DNA from: a virus
Lineage: Duplodnaviria > Caudoviricetes
Reading direction: 5' to 3' (one strand)
Length of the DNA stretch: 28,272 nt
Virus record (IMG/VR): IMGVR_UViG_3300035397_000195
Span: 1-28,272 of that record
In this document: positions 24,425 to 28,272 of the stretch, piece by piece
How positions within the stretch are numbered: position 1 is the stretch's first letter
Layout of the letters: every line of letters starts with the position of its first letter
Translations under genes and position numbers: made by a program
The notes under the pieces: model-generated
Told to the model about the DNA's origin: nothing
What the model saw: only the letters and a program-made list of their open reading frames with translations
Database searches by the model: none

Positions 24425-25996
24425 TCAGCACCTTATATCTTCAGATTTATACATCCCATCACCCACATTCCCTACCCAGTCCGCCACCACCAGCGAGTTA
24501 TTGAGCAGCCAGCTGATCCGCCCCGAGGCGGCGAAGTTTTCCTCTCTCCATTTTTTCGGCACCTCTTTGGCCACATTGACGCCGCCGTCAAAGATGCGGA
24601 CATAGCCGCGCGACTGGCGCAGCAGTTCTTTGAGTTCGGCCAGATCGTTGGCGGTACTGGAGGTATCGGAGGCCGGTAGCTGATTGCCGGTTGCTTCCTG
24701 CGTGCGGGGGGCGGAGACACTGACAACGGCTACATCCTCAGAGGTCTGCACGTTTTCAGCCCCTGGGTAGTTTTCCAAAACTGCTTGACCAAAAATCCCG
24801 GGATCTATTTCAATTTTTAAATCATCCCCAGCAGAAAGCAGAGTATCGATCCCGTCCTGAGCAGGAACCAAAAAATCAGGTAACCCGGCCATGATCCACA
24901 ACCGCAGATTGCCGCCGGACTGGAAGAACTCCCCGGCATCCTTGCCGGTCGGTACCGGCCAGCGGCGATATTGCTGGTAGGTTTCCTGCCACCACTCCCC
25001 GGACTGGATGACCGCCTGGCTGGCCTTGCTGCCTATGCCGTCAAAATCGAGGCCTCCGAGGATGCACAGCGATTGCTGCAAGGCGGTGGCGGCGCACAGA
25101 TCCGGCCGCACCCCGGTGGAGCCGATACCGACGGTGCCGACCAGATCACCGGCGGCCTCTTCGATGGCGATACAGTCCAGCTCCGCCTCGTGGGTTACAA
25201 AAGCCTTGGCCGTGGGGTTGGTGAGCCACAGGTCGCGGATGGAGCCGGTGACGTAGTGGTATTTTTTCTTCGGCGTCTTTGGGTCCGGCTTGATCAGGCG
25301 GATCGTGATCCGGTGCAGGAGGCCATCGACAAAATAAGGGATGACCAGGCCTGCAGGCAGGGCCATCATGCGCGGCTTGCCGTTCTCATTCTTCTCTTTT
25401 GACAGGCCCCAGGCGGTGCGGGGACGGTATGAGGTCTGGTATTCGAGGCCGTTGCGCTCATCACCGCCCCAAAAGCCCAATTTATGCTTTTTTATGGATT
25501 GTGGGCCGATACCCCTATTTTTCAGGTAAACGATCGACATGGGGCGATTCTGCAATGCCTGATGGCATTTTTCGACAAACTCCTGGCCTTTGGTTTGCCA
25601 AAGTTGGGGATCAACCACCTCGGCGGGGAATTTTTTATCTTCCGGGACAAAGATTTCCTGCCGGGAAGCAGGTGTTTCCGGAAGATAGCGGAACTTGGTT
25701 GACCGTTTATTGCTGCCCTTGGCCTCAATGCCAAGGAAATCGCAGGCCTGGTGATAGGTGAGCTTGCGCACCTGGCGCAGATAGGAGATGGCGTCGCCGC
25801 CGATGCCGCAGCCGTTGCCGCCGCCTTTCTGCCGGCCACAGAAGAAGGATCCGACTCCGTCGTTCTGTTGAGGGAAGACGCCGAAGCGATCGGTGCCGCC
25901 ACAGAGTGGACAGGGGCCGCGATATTCCTTGTTTCCGGCCGCTGCAAAGACCTTGCCTGGGGCATCGGCCTGATAGAGATCGAGCAGGTTCATCAT
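24425..25996 (-). CDS. DNA primase (zinc-binding domain plus TOPRIM)
   Basis: GPCPLCGGTDRF...FFC...CG..GDAI; YLKNRGI; EAELD, LDFD, KDAGE. Confidence 0.88.
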   Translation of the reverse strand: MMNLLDLYQADAPGKVFAAAGNKEYRGPCPLCGGTDRFGVFPQQNDGVGSFFCGRQKGGGNGCGIGGDAISYLRQVRKLTYHQACDFLGIEAKGSNKRSTKFRYLPETPASRQEIFVPEDKKFPAEVVDPQLWQTKGQEFVEKCHQALQNRPMSIVYLKNRGIGPQSIKKHKLGFWGGDERNGLEYQTSYRPRTAWGLSKEKNENGKPRMMALPAGLVIPYFVDGLLHRITIRLIKPDPKTPKKKYHYVTGSIRDLWLTNPTAKAFVTHEAELDCIAIEEAAGDLVGTVGIGSTGVRPDLCAATALQQSLCILGGLDFDGIGSKASQAVIQSGEWWQETYQQYRRWPVPTGKDAGEFFQSGGNLRLWIMAGLPDFLVPAQDGIDTLLSAGDDLKIEIDPGIFGQAVLENYPGAENVQTSEDVAVVSVSAPRTQEATGNQLPASDTSSTANDLAELKELLRQSRGYVRIFDGGVNVAKEVPKKWREENFAASGRISWLLNNSLVVADWVGNVGDGMYKSEDIRC

Positions 25997-26020
25997 GCGC
26001 GCCGCCCCCTCATTTCGGAA

Positions 26021-26295
26021 TGGGAGGATGAAAGTGCCGCTCCCACTATCCTCCCATACTCCCTCCCATTCGACAAACCAAATGAAACCAATACCTTACT
26101 TCTTCTTTTTTCTTCTTTTATAGTATAATGGGAGGATGGGAGGAATATATAGGCACGCGCGTGAGAGAATATGCTTCTCTCCTTTTTTTCCGCGCGTGTG
26201 CGGGGCTCGTGCAAAGCCTCCCAGCCTCCCATTATGGCAATTTTATCAAGCAAAACCAGAGGTTGAGACAGGGATGATTGTGGGAGGCTGGGAGG
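26021..26295. repeat. TGGGAGG iteron-like cluster in alternating orientation with a large central inverted repeat; candidate replication origin
   Basis: TGGGAGG at 26021, 26129, 26137, 26281, 26289; CCTCCCA at 26050, 26062, 26217, 26225; AT-rich tract at about 26090-26128. Confidence 0.8.
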
Positions 26296-26329
26296 GACAA
26301 CCACGTTATAAGTCGGAAAAATGGTCATA

Positions 26330-27922
26330 TCATGCATCCAATGCCAAAGTCAGGCGGATGAATTGGTAAAAATTGCCACTCGATTTTAATTTTTTGAAGC
26401 CTTTCAGTTGGAGCTGGTCGGAAAAACTCTTCTGGTTGATCGGGCGGTTGGAGTTGTTTTCTTCCCACCAGGTGCGGAAACGCTGATAGAGCTCTTTGGC
26501 GCTGCAGCGGTTCTCGATAGTCGCGTCTTCAAAATCTATCACGCAGTTAGTATCGATAAATTCCTGCAGGTCATCCTCGTGGTTGCGGTAATCAAGACTG
26601 TCGTCCTTGATTTTTTGCGGCGGGATCAGGTGGCCGTCAGCCTGCCATTTTTTACAACCCCTCACCATCCAGGCGAGGATCCCTGACGATTCGGCGGTGA
26701 GTTTCTTAAGCAGGTCGCCGTCGCGTTGTTTCTGGTGCGGTTTTTTCGGATCCGGATCGGAGACAAAGGAAAAGGGGAAATTAAAAACCTTGATGCGCTC
26801 CCAGAATGCCGAGTCTTTGGCCGGGGCCTTGGGTCGATCATTACAGATGAGAAAGAGAACGTGGGTCGGGTCGAAGGATACCTGAAATTTTTCACTGACA
26901 CCGCGTCCGGTGAGGGTGTCGCCGCCGCTGAACCATTTTATTTTTCCGGAGGCGAACGAGTTTCGTTCTTCCGTTTCCGAGGCCCAGATCAGGCGCCGGC
27001 CTTTGAGATCCAAGATTTCCGGCGATGGAGCGCTTGCCGACTTGCCGAATTTCTGACTCATCAACATTTCCGAGGAAATCGGCGCGGCCATGACCCCCAT
27101 GATCCGGTAGATGACATCGATGAGGGTGCCTTTCCCGTTTTGGCCGTGCGGACCATAAAACACATTAAAAAGTCGCTCACTTTTCAGGCCGGTGATGGTG
27201 TAGCCGATGACTTTTTGCAGGTAGTCGATGACCTCCTGGTCATTGTCGAAAATTTCCCGGAGGAAAGTCTCCCAGTGTAGACATGGCGTTGTGATGCCAT
27301 GCCATTCGGTGGGTGAGGATACTGTGAGGAGGTCTGAGGGCTTGCCGTCGCGGAATTCACCGGTGCGGAGGTCGATGACCCCGTTTTTACATGGGTACAA
27401 CCATGGTTGCTGATCCAGGACATCAGGGACAACGGTGAGGGGATCGCTGTTTGAGACCGCGCAATTGAGGAGGCTGTTGCGTCCACGATCTGAGCGGAGG
27501 CGGTCGATGCGTAACAGTAAATTTTTTTTCTGAAAATTGAGAGTTTTTCGGTCATCGGCGTAGTCTTTTCCTGTTCCGAGCTTCCCGAGTTGTTCTTCAA
27601 TTTTATCCAGCAGCCGTAGATACTGTTTTACCACTGCCTCGCAGGCGGCTTTGGTTTTATTGTGATAATCAATCTCCCAGTGCGGGCCCTGGTAGTACAT
27701 CCAGTTCCCGGAAACGATATTGCATATAAATTGGTCACGGTGTCGATAATTGTAGAGCAGGCTGTCGCCCACCTCGTTGGCCATATAGCATTTCTGGACA
27801 AATTCAATCGGCGGTTCATCGTCACCACCTTTGGGCTTTGATGGCTCTTTCACCTCTTCTTCCTGCTCTATCCTGGACGCCACCTGATTGCGGTACGCCT
27901 CCAGCTCGCTGATATCAGCCAT
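26330..27922 (-). CDS. P4/D5-family (SF3) helicase
   Basis: NGVIDLRTG, GPHGQNGKGT Walker A, LKGRRL..ASE, SGGDTLTGR, AFWERI; likely start MADISE at 27922. Confidence 0.95.
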   Translation of the reverse strand: MADISELEAYRNQVASRIEQEEEVKEPSKPKGGDDEPPIEFVQKCYMANEVGDSLLYNYRHRDQFICNIVSGNWMYYQGPHWEIDYHNKTKAACEAVVKQYLRLLDKIEEQLGKLGTGKDYADDRKTLNFQKKNLLLRIDRLRSDRGRNSLLNCAVSNSDPLTVVPDVLDQQPWLYPCKNGVIDLRTGEFRDGKPSDLLTVSSPTEWHGITTPCLHWETFLREIFDNDQEVIDYLQKVIGYTITGLKSERLFNVFYGPHGQNGKGTLIDVIYRIMGVMAAPISSEMLMSQKFGKSASAPSPEILDLKGRRLIWASETEERNSFASGKIKWFSGGDTLTGRGVSEKFQVSFDPTHVLFLICNDRPKAPAKDSAFWERIKVFNFPFSFVSDPDPKKPHQKQRDGDLLKKLTAESSGILAWMVRGCKKWQADGHLIPPQKIKDDSLDYRNHEDDLQEFIDTNCVIDFEDATIENRCSAKELYQRFRTWWEENNSNRPINQKSFSDQLQLKGFKKLKSSGNFYQFIRLTLALDA

Positions 27923-28193
27923 TCGCCTTCTCCCTCCTGCTGTACAACCATCGTCTGGAGACATACCCCTTCAGGATCCGAGCCGCGATTGGCACCTCAA
28001 TATTTTGAGACAGCATTCTGTCTGCTATCTCCTTTATAGATTTACTGATATACGGTTCTGTCACGAATACCCGGTTGCAGTGCCGGCAGCGATATTGCTG
28101 TTTTCCCGCACGGCTGGTACCATTCCGCCAGATATCATGTTGCCCACATCTGGGACACAATAATCTCCGTTTTTCCTCAGGTTTTGCACTCAT
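27915..28193 (-). CDS. IS1 InsA-like zinc ribbon/HTH protein
   Basis: CPRC...RNG...GKQQYRCRHC.RVF followed by an HTH-like segment; overlaps both neighbours. Confidence 0.75.
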   Translation of the reverse strand: MSAKPEEKRRLLCPRCGQHDIWRNGTSRAGKQQYRCRHCNRVFVTEPYISKSIKEIADRMLSQNIEVPIAARILKGYVSRRWLYSRREKANG

Positions 28194-28272
28194 ATCGTCT
28201 CCATCATAACTTTCCGTTTTTCCGATCTTTTTAAAACTTTATCCATGCGATTCTGTCGGGGTACGAAATCCC
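28190..28272 (-). CDS. 3' end of an unidentified gene entering from outside the window
   Basis: Open frame ...DFVPRQNRMDKVLKRSEKRKVMMETI* ending in an ATGA overlap with the next gene. Confidence 0.45.
   Translation of the reverse strand, partial: DFVPRQNRMDKVLKRSEKRKVMMETI

Larger units (their letters stand above)
1..28272 (-). mobile_element. Phage/prophage segment (siphovirus-like; replication, methylation, packaging, head and tail modules), both ends outside the window
   Basis: Co-oriented, tightly coupled minus-strand genes in the order helicase-primase-methylases-terminase-portal-protease-capsid-tail tube-tape measure; no sheath gene seen; no host housekeeping genes. Confidence 0.97.

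Noticed and set aside
7415-24605. Long plus-strand ORFs (7415..8593, 9482..10465, 12128..13195, 18118..19380, 23277..24605)
   Set aside because: Antisense shadows of GC-rich genes with clear motifs; no recognisable domains
25993-26337. 114-aa ORF between helicase and primase
   Set aside because: Its sequence is dictated by the repeats and pyrimidine tracts; better explained as a cis element, though overlaps with both neighbours mean it cannot be fully excluded
27915-27964. IS1-style frameshift fusing the InsA-like ORF to the helicase
   Set aside because: The helicase is in the +1 frame, no A6C slippery site is seen, and the helicase has its own GGAG-preceded ATG

Overview
The whole window is one minus-strand segment of a tailed, long non-contractile-tail (siphovirus-like) phage or prophage; neither end of the element is in view. 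In transcription order (right to left) it begins with an InsA-like zinc-ribbon/HTH gene, a P4/D5-family helicase, an iteron-rich palindromic spacer (candidate origin) and a CHC2/TOPRIM primase. A C5 cytosine methyltransferase and a ParB-N4/N6 methyltransferase follow, then a Nu1-like small terminase, three small unknown genes, a GpA large terminase, an Ogr-like zinc finger, an HTH/Nmad1-like ORF and a terminator. The structural block runs gpW-like, lambda-family portal, prohead protease, major capsid, DUF2190, head closure, tail terminator, tail tube, tail chaperone and tape measure. The most unusual part is the tail-tip module at 1-6725: three tandem diverged paralogues (one with 21 Cys), a zinc-ribbon gene, and a hub-like gene missed by the ORF track that carries an N-terminal discoidin-like domain and ten ~14-aa repeats. 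Other points are a clear -1 frameshift product of the tail chaperone, an inverted AATTACG heptamer array after the capsid gene, and a hairpin covering the ribosome-binding site of the first head gene. No integrase, lysis, RNA genes, CRISPR array or reverse transcriptase are visible. All family calls come from motif recognition by eye, not database searches.
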